A stretch of 27,630 nt of DNA from a virus. Lineage: Duplodnaviria; Caudoviricetes. A program made the position numbers and the translations under genes. Location: the IMG/VR virus record IMGVR_UViG_3300038674_000867, positions 1-27,630 of that record; one strand, 5' to 3'. Below the pieces are notes generated by a model. That model was not told where the DNA came from. It was given only the letters and a program-made list of their open reading frames with translations, and searched no databases. Below, one piece after another: positions 1-7,902 of this stretch (position 1 is the first letter of the stretch; each line of letters begins with the position of its first letter).

Positions 1-513
1 ATTGCTACACAAATAGGGGCTGAAATTCCTAAAGGATATGCAAAGACCAATGTTTTAATTGAAAACATTGCAGCTGCCGTTAAAAAAATCGCTCGTTTGC
101 GTCCGCTTATTATTCTTGACCAAGCAAATTCATTAAAATCATCAGCATTGCGCTCTTTGATTCATATTTTCAACGAATGCGAAGATGTTTTAGGTTTGGT
201 TATCATCGGGACTGAAAACCTCGAATATGAGATTAAACGAGGCGTACGCTTGAATAAAGCCGGATATGACGAATTAGACAGCCGTTTTGGTCGCAAATAC
301 ATAAGCCTCATCGGGGCAAACTTGAATGATGCTCGCAAGGTATGCGAGGCAAACGGCATTACAGATAGGGACTTACAAAAACGCATTTTTGATGAATGTG
401 AACCAACTAAAACACTTCTTTCTGACGGTCGCCGCATTGAAGTTATCGAAGATATGCGCCGCCTAAAACGAGTAATAAAACGCGAACGCTTAAACTTATG
501 CTATGAAAACTAA
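1..513 (+). CDS. MuB-like transposition AAA+ ATPase, 5'-truncated by the window edge
   Basis: The frame is open from base 1 (IATQIGAEIPKGYAKTNVLIENIAAAVKKIARLRPLIILDQAN...), so the TTG at 97 is not the true start. Walker-B-like LIILDQA, sensor-1-like GLVIIGT, arginine-finger-like ELDSRFGR; position in the early region. Confidence 0.8.
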   Translation: MATQIGAEIPKGYAKTNVLIENIAAAVKKIARLRPLIILDQANSLKSSALRSLIHIFNECEDVLGLVIIGTENLEYEIKRGVRLNKAGYDELDSRFGRKYISLIGANLNDARKVCEANGITDRDLQKRIFDECEPTKTLLSDGRRIEVIEDMRRLKRVIKRERLNLCYEN

Positions 514-943
514 AGTATCACACGCCCAATTTTTCGCCTTATTGGCGCAAATGCCCGGTGCAGACAAAGAAGACCTTGTTTGGGAATATAGCCATACGGT
601 AACAAACTCCTTAAGTGAGTTCTATAATAAAAATCCGAATGGATACGCGCAGATGATTACCGATATGCAACGAATTGTAGATAAGATGAAGCCACAAACC
701 AATGAGCAAGCTGAATTAAAACGCCTACGAAGTGCCATTTTGCACCGGTTACAAAAACATGGCATTGATACCACAGATTGGAAAAGAGTAAACGCATTTA
801 TGCGCCAACCGCGCATAGCAGGCAAAACATTGGGCGAAATGACAATTTCCGAATTGCAGGCACTTATACCAAAATTGCAAAGCATCTTACAAAAGGACAA
901 AGACCATCAAGATTATATCAATTTTTTAGCGCAACACAATTAA
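503..943 (+). CDS. Phage hypothetical protein (positionally GemA/gp16-like)
   Basis: 146-aa ORF overlapping the ATPase stop. C-terminal IAGKTLGEMTISELQALIPKL motif resembles Bacteroidota Mu-like early proteins. Confidence 0.65.
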   Translation: MKTKVSHAQFFALLAQMPGADKEDLVWEYSHTVTNSLSEFYNKNPNGYAQMITDMQRIVDKMKPQTNEQAELKRLRSAILHRLQKHGIDTTDWKRVNAFMRQPRIAGKTLGEMTISELQALIPKLQSILQKDKDHQDYINFLAQHN

Positions 944-944
944 T

Positions 945-1187
945 ATGAAATCAAGCAAACTACATAAAATGCAATTAGGCAGACGCGCGGCTTATCTACG
1001 CCGTTGTATTCTTTGTGTCGAACTACTCGAACGATACGAGGACGATACAACCGTACGCTATCGCATTTTCGAGAAATACATAAAGCCCGAATTGCATTGT
1101 AGTTATGCTACTTTCAACAACATGCTCAATGAAGCAAATCCACAAAAGCAACTTGAAACTATCGAATTAAAATTACAAACTATTTAA
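945..1187 (+). CDS. Small phage hypothetical protein (possible HTH)
   Basis: 80-aa ORF tightly packed in the operon; ...YIKPELHCSYATFNNML resembles an HTH recognition helix. Confidence 0.6.
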   Translation: MKSSKLHKMQLGRRAAYLRRCILCVELLERYEDDTTVRYRIFEKYIKPELHCSYATFNNMLNEANPQKQLETIELKLQTI

Positions 1188-1198
1188 TTTTTATCATT

Positions 1199-1855
1199 AT
1201 GAACATCAAAGATTTATCAGCCGAACAAAAAGCGGAACTCAAGGCTCAATTAGAGCAAGAAGAAAAGGAAGCCAAAGAGCAGACAAAGCAAGAAAAAGAA
1301 GCCTATAAAGGTTTGCAAAACGAATTTGTAGAGGGATTTTTTCCAAAGCTAATGGACATTGTGCAAAAGCTGTCCGACTCCAAAGCGGAACTATTTGCAA
1401 ATGCATCGCCAATATTCGACCTAAAAAAGCAAGTGTTTGGCATTTCGGGCGATGAATTTGCAAAACAACAAAGTCACAGCATCAGTAACCACGATTTTAG
1501 TAAAACCATCATTTTGGGGCATAACACGGTCGATGGTTGGGATATGGAAGTAGCGACTGCCGGTATTGCTCGTGTCAATGATTGGTTAGCAAAACAAGCA
1601 TCCGAACAAAATCAAGTGCTTGTGGGCATTATCCGCGACTTATTGAAACCAAACAAAGAGGGATTGCTAAAAGCCCCTCGCGTATTAGAATTGCACAATC
1701 AAGCCGAAAAATTTGGCGATAAAGAACTTATCGAAGCTGTAGGTATGATTAAAGAAGCATATCGCCCTAAGAAAACAACCACTTTCATCAAGGCTAAAAC
1801 GAAAGATGAAAATGGCAAAGACATTTGGCTAAACCTTTCAATGAGCCAAGCCTAA
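1199..1855 (+). CDS. DUF3164-family Mu-like phage protein
   Basis: 218 aa; coiled-coil N-terminus, QQSHSI motif, LLKPNKEGLLKAPRVLEL, C-terminal W-x-x-L-S-M typical of DUF3164. Confidence 0.75.
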   Translation: MNIKDLSAEQKAELKAQLEQEEKEAKEQTKQEKEAYKGLQNEFVEGFFPKLMDIVQKLSDSKAELFANASPIFDLKKQVFGISGDEFAKQQSHSISNHDFSKTIILGHNTVDGWDMEVATAGIARVNDWLAKQASEQNQVLVGIIRDLLKPNKEGLLKAPRVLELHNQAEKFGDKELIEAVGMIKEAYRPKKTTTFIKAKTKDENGKDIWLNLSMSQA

Positions 1856-1895
1856 TCCTAAACGGTTTCTGCGGGGTTCGATTCCCCGCATAGGA
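1856..1895 (+). other. Intergenic hairpin with a tRNA T-loop-like motif
   Basis: TCCTA(1856-60)/TAGGA(1891-95) outer stem, AACGGTTTC bulge, TGCGGGG(1870-76)/CCCCGCA(1884-90) stem, TTCGATT loop. Confidence 0.6.
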
Positions 1896-1930
1896 GCAAA
1901 AAATAAACACCATGAGTACAGATAGAAACC

Positions 1931-2263
1931 ATGATACACCAAATAGCTGAACTAACCGGATATACCGCAGAGGAGATTGCCGGTTACGGAAGAAAAAACA
2001 AACAACTGGTAGATATACGCCACCTGTATTGGATGTACCTGTACGACTTTGGATTTACATATCAGGACATTGCAAAACTTAGTGGCGGGCGCAATCATGC
2101 AACTATTATTTATGGCGTTAACGCAATGCGAAATATGTTAAGCGTAGGATACAAGCAAGCTATTTGGCGTAACGAACAACTAAAAGGCTTACAACCAACA
2201 AGCGAAATGCTTTGGTTTTTTAACGCCAAAAAGAGCAACCGAGATGAAAAAGCCACTAATTAA
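1931..2263 (+). CDS. DnaA C-terminal (domain IV)-like HTH DNA-binding protein
   Basis: GRKNKQLVDIRH...TYQDIAKLSGGRNHATIIYG matches the DnaA domain IV signature (R..R....SLPEIG..FGGRDHTTVLHA). Confidence 0.75.
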   Translation: MIHQIAELTGYTAEEIAGYGRKNKQLVDIRHLYWMYLYDFGFTYQDIAKLSGGRNHATIIYGVNAMRNMLSVGYKQAIWRNEQLKGLQPTSEMLWFFNAKKSNRDEKATN

Positions 2264-2513
2264 ACTAATTTATTTTTTAAACAAACGCTTTGATTTAGGC
2301 TTATTTGAGGGTATGAAAGTAAGCCACACCTATACGGTGTCGCCCAACAAAATTTTATTCTCACACTTGCCTAAATCGCATTTAATTGATAATGCCAAGT
2401 GGCTCGTGGCTGATGAAATAAAACGGCAATTAGTGCAAGGTAGGCATATTGTTTTTACGGTTAATGGATACGAGGTAAAAGGCGAAGTAACGATAAATGC
2501 ATTAATAATTTAG
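2244..2513 (+). CDS. Phage hypothetical protein
   Basis: 89-aa ORF overlapping the upstream gene on the same strand. Confidence 0.55.
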   Translation: MKKPLIKLIYFLNKRFDLGLFEGMKVSHTYTVSPNKILFSHLPKSHLIDNAKWLVADEIKRQLVQGRHIVFTVNGYEVKGEVTINALII

Positions 2514-2525
2514 CTTTCAAGTAAT

Positions 2526-3005
2526 ATGCAAACTGAAAAAAAATGGCATACCTGTAACTGTACGCAACAAGTATTCTCATACAAAGAATGGTGTGAATTT
2601 TTAGAAAATAATGACAGCAAAACAACTGTTTTTAATTTCGGAAAATACTCTTACAATATCAATGATGTTTGTCTAAATCCCGATATAGAATGTAGTTATA
2701 ATGATAAAAACTGTGAATATCGGATTTATATTGCGCAATCAAAATTCGGTTGGTGCTGGGGGTATTATTGCCGATTTATTGACGGTGGCGGTTGCAGTGG
2801 TTGCCATTATTACAAGAAACAAGAAAATTGGTTTCTCACAAAAAAAGAAGCAATAACTGCAGGGCTTGAATATTTGCTCGAGATGGCAAATAAACATTTA
2901 AATGATGCTTCGAAATCCAATAAGCCAATAGTCGAAATTGTGAAAGATACTATTATCAAAGAAATTGCAAATATTAAAAACGAACAACTAAAACTATGGA
3001 ATTAA
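2526..3005 (+). CDS. Phage hypothetical protein (Cys/aromatic-rich)
   Basis: 159-aa ATG ORF in the operon. Confidence 0.6.
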   Translation: MQTEKKWHTCNCTQQVFSYKEWCEFLENNDSKTTVFNFGKYSYNINDVCLNPDIECSYNDKNCEYRIYIAQSKFGWCWGYYCRFIDGGGCSGCHYYKKQENWFLTKKEAITAGLEYLLEMANKHLNDASKSNKPIVEIVKDTIIKEIANIKNEQLKLWN

Positions 3006-3220
3006 TAACAAATAAGGAGGCTTGTAATAGCTGTAATATGCGATGTAATGCCTCAAAGGATTGTTGTTGTAGTTGTGAGAAAAAATGTGTTGGACGAACA
3101 GTTTGCCCCATATTTAACTACTCGCCACCTCCTATAAAGAAAAGAAAACCACGCCCAACAAAAGCAATGAAATTACAGAAAATGTTTGACGACCTAATGA
3201 ATAAGCATGATGATAAGTAA
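2996..3220 (+). CDS. Small Cys-rich putative metal-binding protein
   Basis: 74 aa with CNSCNMRC...CCCSCEKKC...C and a basic C-terminal half; overlaps the previous stop. Confidence 0.5.
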   Translation: MELITNKEACNSCNMRCNASKDCCCSCEKKCVGRTVCPIFNYSPPPIKKRKPRPTKAMKLQKMFDDLMNKHDDK

Positions 3221-3365
3221 AATAAAAAAAATAATGTCTTTCAGTATTTGTGCTATAATTAGTTGGTATTTTGGGCAGATTTTAGGCAAAGTATTTATTC
3301 TAATTATTTCCTACTTAGGATTAGAGAAATACCTCTTCGAAATTATTAAATTATTAACTATTTAA
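3207..3365 (+). CDS. Small membrane protein (52 aa, below the ORF-track cutoff)
   Basis: Translated by hand: MMISKIKKIMSFSICAIISWYFGQILGKVFILIISYLGLEKYLFEIIKLLTI; fills a gap in the operon. Confidence 0.45.
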   Translation: MMISKIKKIMSFSICAIISWYFGQILGKVFILIISYLGLEKYLFEIIKLLTI

Positions 3366-3372
3366 AAACGAC

Positions 3373-3549
3373 ATGAAAAAACATAGTTCTGTATCATTAA
3401 AAGGTGTAATATACAATGTTATGCAGTTGGAAAACCCAAAGAGTGGATGTCAAGGTCAATGTGACTACTATTTCCATTGTGAGGGTGATTGCGCACTAAA
3501 ATCAATTGTTGGCAGTCAATTTAGATTTTACACTTTAAAAATTAGATAA
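3373..3549 (+). CDS. Small 4-Cys hypothetical protein (58 aa, below the ORF-track cutoff)
   Basis: Translated by hand: MKKHSSVSLKGVIYNVMQLENPKSGCQGQCDYYFHCEGDCALKSIVGSQFRFYTLKIR; A-rich start context; fills a gap. Confidence 0.5.
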   Translation: MKKHSSVSLKGVIYNVMQLENPKSGCQGQCDYYFHCEGDCALKSIVGSQFRFYTLKIR

Positions 3550-3559
3550 TTATTAAACC

Positions 3560-3931
3560 ATGATTTTAGGATTTAAACCACAATTCAAGCAGCCGATTTT
3601 AGACGGCACGAAAAAGCACACTATCCGTGAGGATAAACATAACCGTTGGCATGCCGGAATAACTATGCAAATGGCAACTGGTGTAAGAACAAAGAAGTAC
3701 AATTGTTTTCAAGAAAACACTTGTAAAAGTGTTCAACGAATAGATATTATAAGAACATCCGATTATTTGAATGAAACAATAGTTAAAGTTGATGGGCGTG
3801 TGTTGAGTGAAAAAGAAACACAGTCATTAGCGTGGAATGACGGTTTTGTAAATTTAATTGACTTTTGGTTATGGTTTAGCGATGGCTTAGAAAATGGCAA
3901 AATAATTCATTGGACTGATTTTTATTATTAA
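3560..3931 (+). CDS. ASCH/PUA-like domain protein
   Basis: ILDGTKKHTIR (GxKxxTxR ASCH motif), LAWNDGF...FWLWF and a terminal IIHW. Confidence 0.8.
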   Translation: MILGFKPQFKQPILDGTKKHTIREDKHNRWHAGITMQMATGVRTKKYNCFQENTCKSVQRIDIIRTSDYLNETIVKVDGRVLSEKETQSLAWNDGFVNLIDFWLWFSDGLENGKIIHWTDFYY

Positions 3932-3933
3932 TT

Positions 3934-4167
3934 ATGGAACACAAACGCTATCAACATCCAATAATAGAAATTTGCCGCGATTGTAGCGGCATTGGCAAGG
4001 TTGCCGCTTATCATCCGGATGACTTACTACATATACGAGAACCGGAAATTAAAGCCTGTCAAACTTGCGCCGGCACTGGGCGGGTAACTGTAGAAAAAGT
4101 AACAACAATAACGGTGTTGCCGTTTGATAAAAACGCAAACCATCGGCTTAATGCTCGCAGACAATAA
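3934..4167 (+). CDS. DnaJ-type CxxCxGxG zinc-finger protein
   Basis: CRDCSGIG and CQTCAGTG motifs. Confidence 0.75.
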   Translation: MEHKRYQHPIIEICRDCSGIGKVAAYHPDDLLHIREPEIKACQTCAGTGRVTVEKVTTITVLPFDKNANHRLNARRQ

Positions 4168-4202
4168 AGTAAAAACATTAACTTTACGCAAAATTTTTAA
4201 CT

Positions 4203-4679
4203 ATGAAAACAAAGCTAATCCTTTTATTATCGCTTTTTACGATAAACCTTTTTGCGGGCGATTTACTTACTTCGCCTGTGTATGTGATTTATAACTCTGA
4301 TGGCGACCCTGTCAAAGTGTACCAAAAAGCCGAAGATTACATTCATTTCATCAATAAAAACAAGCAATACAGCGAGCAAGATGCACGCCTGTATTACCAA
4401 GAAGATACAACTACATGGCAACCAACCAGCGCCATGTTGGCTGATGAGTTGCAGAACCCCGACCCGCTTACCGATAAGTTTTTAGCTAAAAAAACGATTT
4501 ATTTGGTAATGCAAAGCAACTTTTACCTTGTTGACCGGGCTTACTTAAATTTAGATGATGGGCAAAAGTATATTGATAACTTCAAGCTAAAATATATCGA
4601 AGTGCCTTATTACTACCGCAACAAACAAAGTTATGACGAACTATACCGGATAAAGAAAAACCGGTTAAACAAACGATAG
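4203..4679 (+). CDS. Secreted/periplasmic hypothetical protein (possible moron)
   Basis: Signal peptide MKTKLILLLSLFTINLFA; last gene before the bidirectional terminator. Confidence 0.65.
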   Translation: MKTKLILLLSLFTINLFAGDLLTSPVYVIYNSDGDPVKVYQKAEDYIHFINKNKQYSEQDARLYYQEDTTTWQPTSAMLADELQNPDPLTDKFLAKKTIYLVMQSNFYLVDRAYLNLDDGQKYIDNFKLKYIEVPYYYRNKQSYDELYRIKKNRLNKR

Positions 4680-4705
4680 AAAAGCCCCTTTTAAGGGGCT
4701 TTTCT
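4678..4705. terminator. Bidirectional intrinsic terminator between the convergent early and late operons
   Basis: AGAAAAGCCCCTT-TT-AAGGGGCTTTTCT perfect inverted repeat with A/T tails on both sides. Confidence 0.85.
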
Positions 4706-5535
4706 TATTTATGCTTATACAGCATTATATCAATATACTTTCCTTGAAAGTTTACGCTTGTTGCTATCTCTTTCCTCGTAGCACCTGCAAACGGATTATT
4801 AGCCCCATAGTATCGCTCCATACACTCGCATAGGTCAATGATACTCGACTTGTTGCTTGTGAAATAGAAGTAAGAAGTACCAGTTACAGTTTGCAAAACA
4901 TCTAAGTAGTTGGATAATCGCCAATAGTTATCGCTGCCGTATGTACTGCAATCAGTTGAAAGGTACGGCGGATCAACAAGGAACACAACGCTTGGATGGT
5001 CGCGCCAAAAGCGAAACAATTCGGCATAATCTTGTTTTACTATCTCGACACCTGTAAGGTAATCGTCAGCATTATAATCGCTTTGCTTCATGTTGTTATA
5101 CATCGTTTCTTTGCTTAATTGCTCGAACGAGGTGGCATATTTTGCCGAAAACAGAAGCGATGACGACAATGTAATATAATCGACAAAGCCACTCTTTTGC
5201 TCGTTATATATCCGGGCAAGGATATCGGCTTTAGTTTGTTCGTCTATTTTCTTTTCACGCGGGGTATTTGCCACCAATGGGCGCAAATCAGCAAGCAACG
5301 CGTTAGTTCTTGGAATATTAGCAAGGCGCAAATGATAGTCATCAAAATCGTTGTAAATAACCCTTGCTTCGGGAAATATTTGCTTAACAGCGTTCGACAA
5401 AAAGCCGCTGCCGCCAAATAAATCGACAAAAACAGTTGCATCATTAAAATGCTGTTTAAGTACTGTTTGAAACTCTTTTAAAAACTTCCTTTTTTGACCT
5501 TGAAATGGTAAAGGGGCTTGATTGTAATTTTTCAT
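4705..5535 (-). CDS. DNA adenine methyltransferase (Dam/D12-class N6-adenine)
   Basis: PLPFQGQKR, SAM-binding VDLFGGSG and catalytic VDPPY motifs. Confidence 0.9.
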   Translation of the reverse strand: MKNYNQAPLPFQGQKRKFLKEFQTVLKQHFNDATVFVDLFGGSGFLSNAVKQIFPEARVIYNDFDDYHLRLANIPRTNALLADLRPLVANTPREKKIDEQTKADILARIYNEQKSGFVDYITLSSSLLFSAKYATSFEQLSKETMYNNMKQSDYNADDYLTGVEIVKQDYAELFRFWRDHPSVVFLVDPPYLSTDCSTYGSDNYWRLSNYLDVLQTVTGTSYFYFTSNKSSIIDLCECMERYYGANNPFAGATRKEIATSVNFQGKYIDIMLYKHK

Positions 5536-5557
5536 TCTTGATATTATTTATAATTAT

Positions 5558-5565
5558 TACTTTTG
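5558..5565 (+). promoter_or_regulatory. Bacteroidota sigmaA-type -7 box facing away from the methyltransferase
   Basis: TACTTTTG matches TAnnTTTG; no exact -33 TTTG at canonical spacing. Confidence 0.5.
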
Positions 5566-5571
5566 CATTGC

Positions 5572-5717
5572 TTTCGCAGGCACATAAAAATAAGGTGCAG
5601 ACACACCGCTCAAAGGCTATAAGCCTTCGGCTTGGTGTGTCTGCACCTTAATCATTTCCGGTTTGCCTGCGAAACTAACCGGCTGTGAAGTCGGAGGCTT
5701 TTTTACCTCCTATTTTT
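5572..5717 (+). ncRNA. Candidate structured RNA (antisense to, or part of, the methyltransferase leader)
   Basis: Stems 5572-82/5664-74 (11 bp) and 5591-5607/5634-50 (17 bp); 13-bp loop-tail pairing 5621-33/5688-5700; GGAGG/CCTCC hairpin followed by TATTTTT. Confidence 0.6.
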
Positions 5718-7900
5718 CAAGTACCACAAGTACCGTACTCATTCCACTCTACAAATTGACCGTGCGGTAATTTGATGAATTTCAAAACCAAAGTACCGTC
5801 CATGCCGGATGATGGTATATCAAACCAGTCATTTCGCCCATCATGCCCTTGCGGGTTGCTTACTTTCCAAGCTGCCAATCTTGAATCAAACAAGCATTCG
5901 CCATCGACTCTAATTAAATGCAGATTATTCACTTTGCGAGCTTCGGTATCTCCATAATTTTCATGTTTCAGAACCAAATACCTCACATCGCCAACTTCTA
6001 CATTTTCGGTAGTGATATTATGGAATCTGCCTTGCGGGTCGGTAAAGTCAAGGAAGATATTTCCCTGTGCAAAATCAAAGGTAAAAGCGGCATTGTCGCC
6101 ATCGCCCGAAGTTGCAGCCTCTTCCGTTTTATCCACAAAAGGTAACTTCTCCGCCGCAATTGGTTGTGTAATTGCCTCTATTGCCTCGTCTGTATATGCT
6201 TTTGCATTTTCTTCGGCAACATCGGCGGCGGCGTTGGCTTTTTCGGTTGCGCCGGCAGTTGTTTCATAACCGGTTAAATCAAACTCCGGAGATAATGGTT
6301 TCCAATAAAGCGTATCTTCCAAATATATGGCAAATACAGCCTTTTGTTCGTCAATTATCTTGTACACATCAAACTCCGCAACATCATCTGTCGGAAGTTC
6401 GTCCCGGCTTTCAATTTCGCCTTTGAAATTGAACAATCCGACTTCGCTTTCGGCAATTGCTTGCCGCGTTTCTTCCTCTGTCAAATAGTTAGTAAGTGTA
6501 ACAGCAAGCGAGGCATTGGTAACTTCGTTTACCTGTGCGCCGGGTTCGATATTATCAAGCTTCTTTTTGTCGGATGCTGTCATTAGTCCGGCACTATCTT
6601 GATATGCGCGTGGCAGCGTGTAGGAGTAACCGTAAGTTGATTTATTCCCTTTTTCGTCATAACGATAACCGGTAAGCCCTAAGCTTGCAAAATCAGCAAA
6701 ACAATTAATCCCACTCCAACCGGTAACGACTACTTTATTTGCAGCTGCCGTGAAATCGCTCTTAGGTATCAAACCGGATAAATCCGGTTTACTTGCCTCT
6801 ACTGCTTGCTCTGTGTACTGATTTGCCGCTGCAAGTGCCGCAGCCGCTTTATCCGTTGCTTCCGTTTTTGTGGCAAAATCGGCGTGTTCGGCTGCGTTAT
6901 CCGCCAATGCTTCTTTGCTTGCATAACCGGTTAAGTCGATAGGCTTTTCGTAGCAAACAAAGCGATTTTCGAGTTTTACATACTCGCGCCCATCATCAGC
7001 GGCAACACGCACCGAATAATTCTCAGCTACTGCTTGTTTTTGCCATTCGCCGAATTTCATTTCAATGATGGAATCTTCGCCCTCGCGGAAGATATAACGG
7101 TCGCCATCCACGCCGTCCGGATAAATATCGCCGTTTTCGTCATCGTAATCAAAACGAACATCATACAAGTAGCAACCACCGCTTGTGCTGTCGCTTTGAA
7201 TTTTCAACACGCCATCGTAACGCTCCGGAAGCGTAACCTCATACTCGACACTTGCAGTTACAAGGTTTAATGTGTGAATTTTTTCGCCATTCAAATAAAT
7301 GCCTAACACGCGGTTAGCACTCGATGCCAATGCTTTTACATAGATATTGCGAATACCTTTCAATTCCGGATATTCAACCCACGATACATGGCTGCTACTG
7401 CTTTTATCCAATTGACAGACATTGAATTTATCGCCATCGTAAGAGCGTTGTGTTACTCGTGCATAATTAAACAGCACTTCGCCGGCATCAATAGTTACCG
7501 GAAAATCAGCATAACTGTCATGCGCTGTAAACTCCGGAAGCTTGAAAATTTCCGAAGCCGGAAGAACCGATTTTTCGAGCGATGCAGGTTCAACAATAGC
7601 CAACACCGGTAACAATTGCCCTGTTTTGTCAAACGATGCAAGTTGTTGGTTTACGCTATCGCCAATTTGTGATACTTCAAGGCTTACCTCTTGCTTAAAT
7701 GATGTAACTTGCTTTTCAATATCCGTAATTTGCGCCGTTTCGGCTTTGCGGTTTATTGCTTCAGGAAGTCCGGCAACGGATTCCATTGGAATCTTTTCGT
7801 CTTTGTGCCAGTAACTGTCGAGCCATGCCCAAAATTGCGCTTGCGTTGGGTAAAGGTTTGTTTTAAACCAATTCTTTAGAGTGTTAATAGGTGTTGCCAT
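5717..7900 (-). CDS. Tail fibre / receptor-binding protein
   Basis: N-terminal LKNWFKT..PTQAQFWAWLDSYWHKDE anchor motif of Bacteroidota phage fibres; DLTGY repeats; AGLMTASDKKKLDNIEPGAQVN repeat; located after the baseplate genes. Confidence 0.75.
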   Translation of the reverse strand: MATPINTLKNWFKTNLYPTQAQFWAWLDSYWHKDEKIPMESVAGLPEAINRKAETAQITDIEKQVTSFKQEVSLEVSQIGDSVNQQLASFDKTGQLLPVLAIVEPASLEKSVLPASEIFKLPEFTAHDSYADFPVTIDAGEVLFNYARVTQRSYDGDKFNVCQLDKSSSSHVSWVEYPELKGIRNIYVKALASSANRVLGIYLNGEKIHTLNLVTASVEYEVTLPERYDGVLKIQSDSTSGGCYLYDVRFDYDDENGDIYPDGVDGDRYIFREGEDSIIEMKFGEWQKQAVAENYSVRVAADDGREYVKLENRFVCYEKPIDLTGYASKEALADNAAEHADFATKTEATDKAAAALAAANQYTEQAVEASKPDLSGLIPKSDFTAAANKVVVTGWSGINCFADFASLGLTGYRYDEKGNKSTYGYSYTLPRAYQDSAGLMTASDKKKLDNIEPGAQVNEVTNASLAVTLTNYLTEEETRQAIAESEVGLFNFKGEIESRDELPTDDVAEFDVYKIIDEQKAVFAIYLEDTLYWKPLSPEFDLTGYETTAGATEKANAAADVAEENAKAYTDEAIEAITQPIAAEKLPFVDKTEEAATSGDGDNAAFTFDFAQGNIFLDFTDPQGRFHNITTENVEVGDVRYLVLKHENYGDTEARKVNNLHLIRVDGECLFDSRLAAWKVSNPQGHDGRNDWFDIPSSGMDGTLVLKFIKLPHGQFVEWNEYGTCGT

Positions 7901-7902
7901 AG

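Noticed and set aside
1870-1897. tRNA gene or att-site remnant
   Set aside because: Only a T-arm-like hairpin is present, with no D arm, anticodon arm or CCA end; Mu-like phages do not integrate at tRNAs.
5572-5717. CRISPR mini-array, IS ends or DGR template repeat
   Set aside because: The repeats are inverted and nested rather than direct with spacers. No transposase, cas or reverse transcriptase gene is in the window, and I saw no matching variable repeat in the fibre gene.
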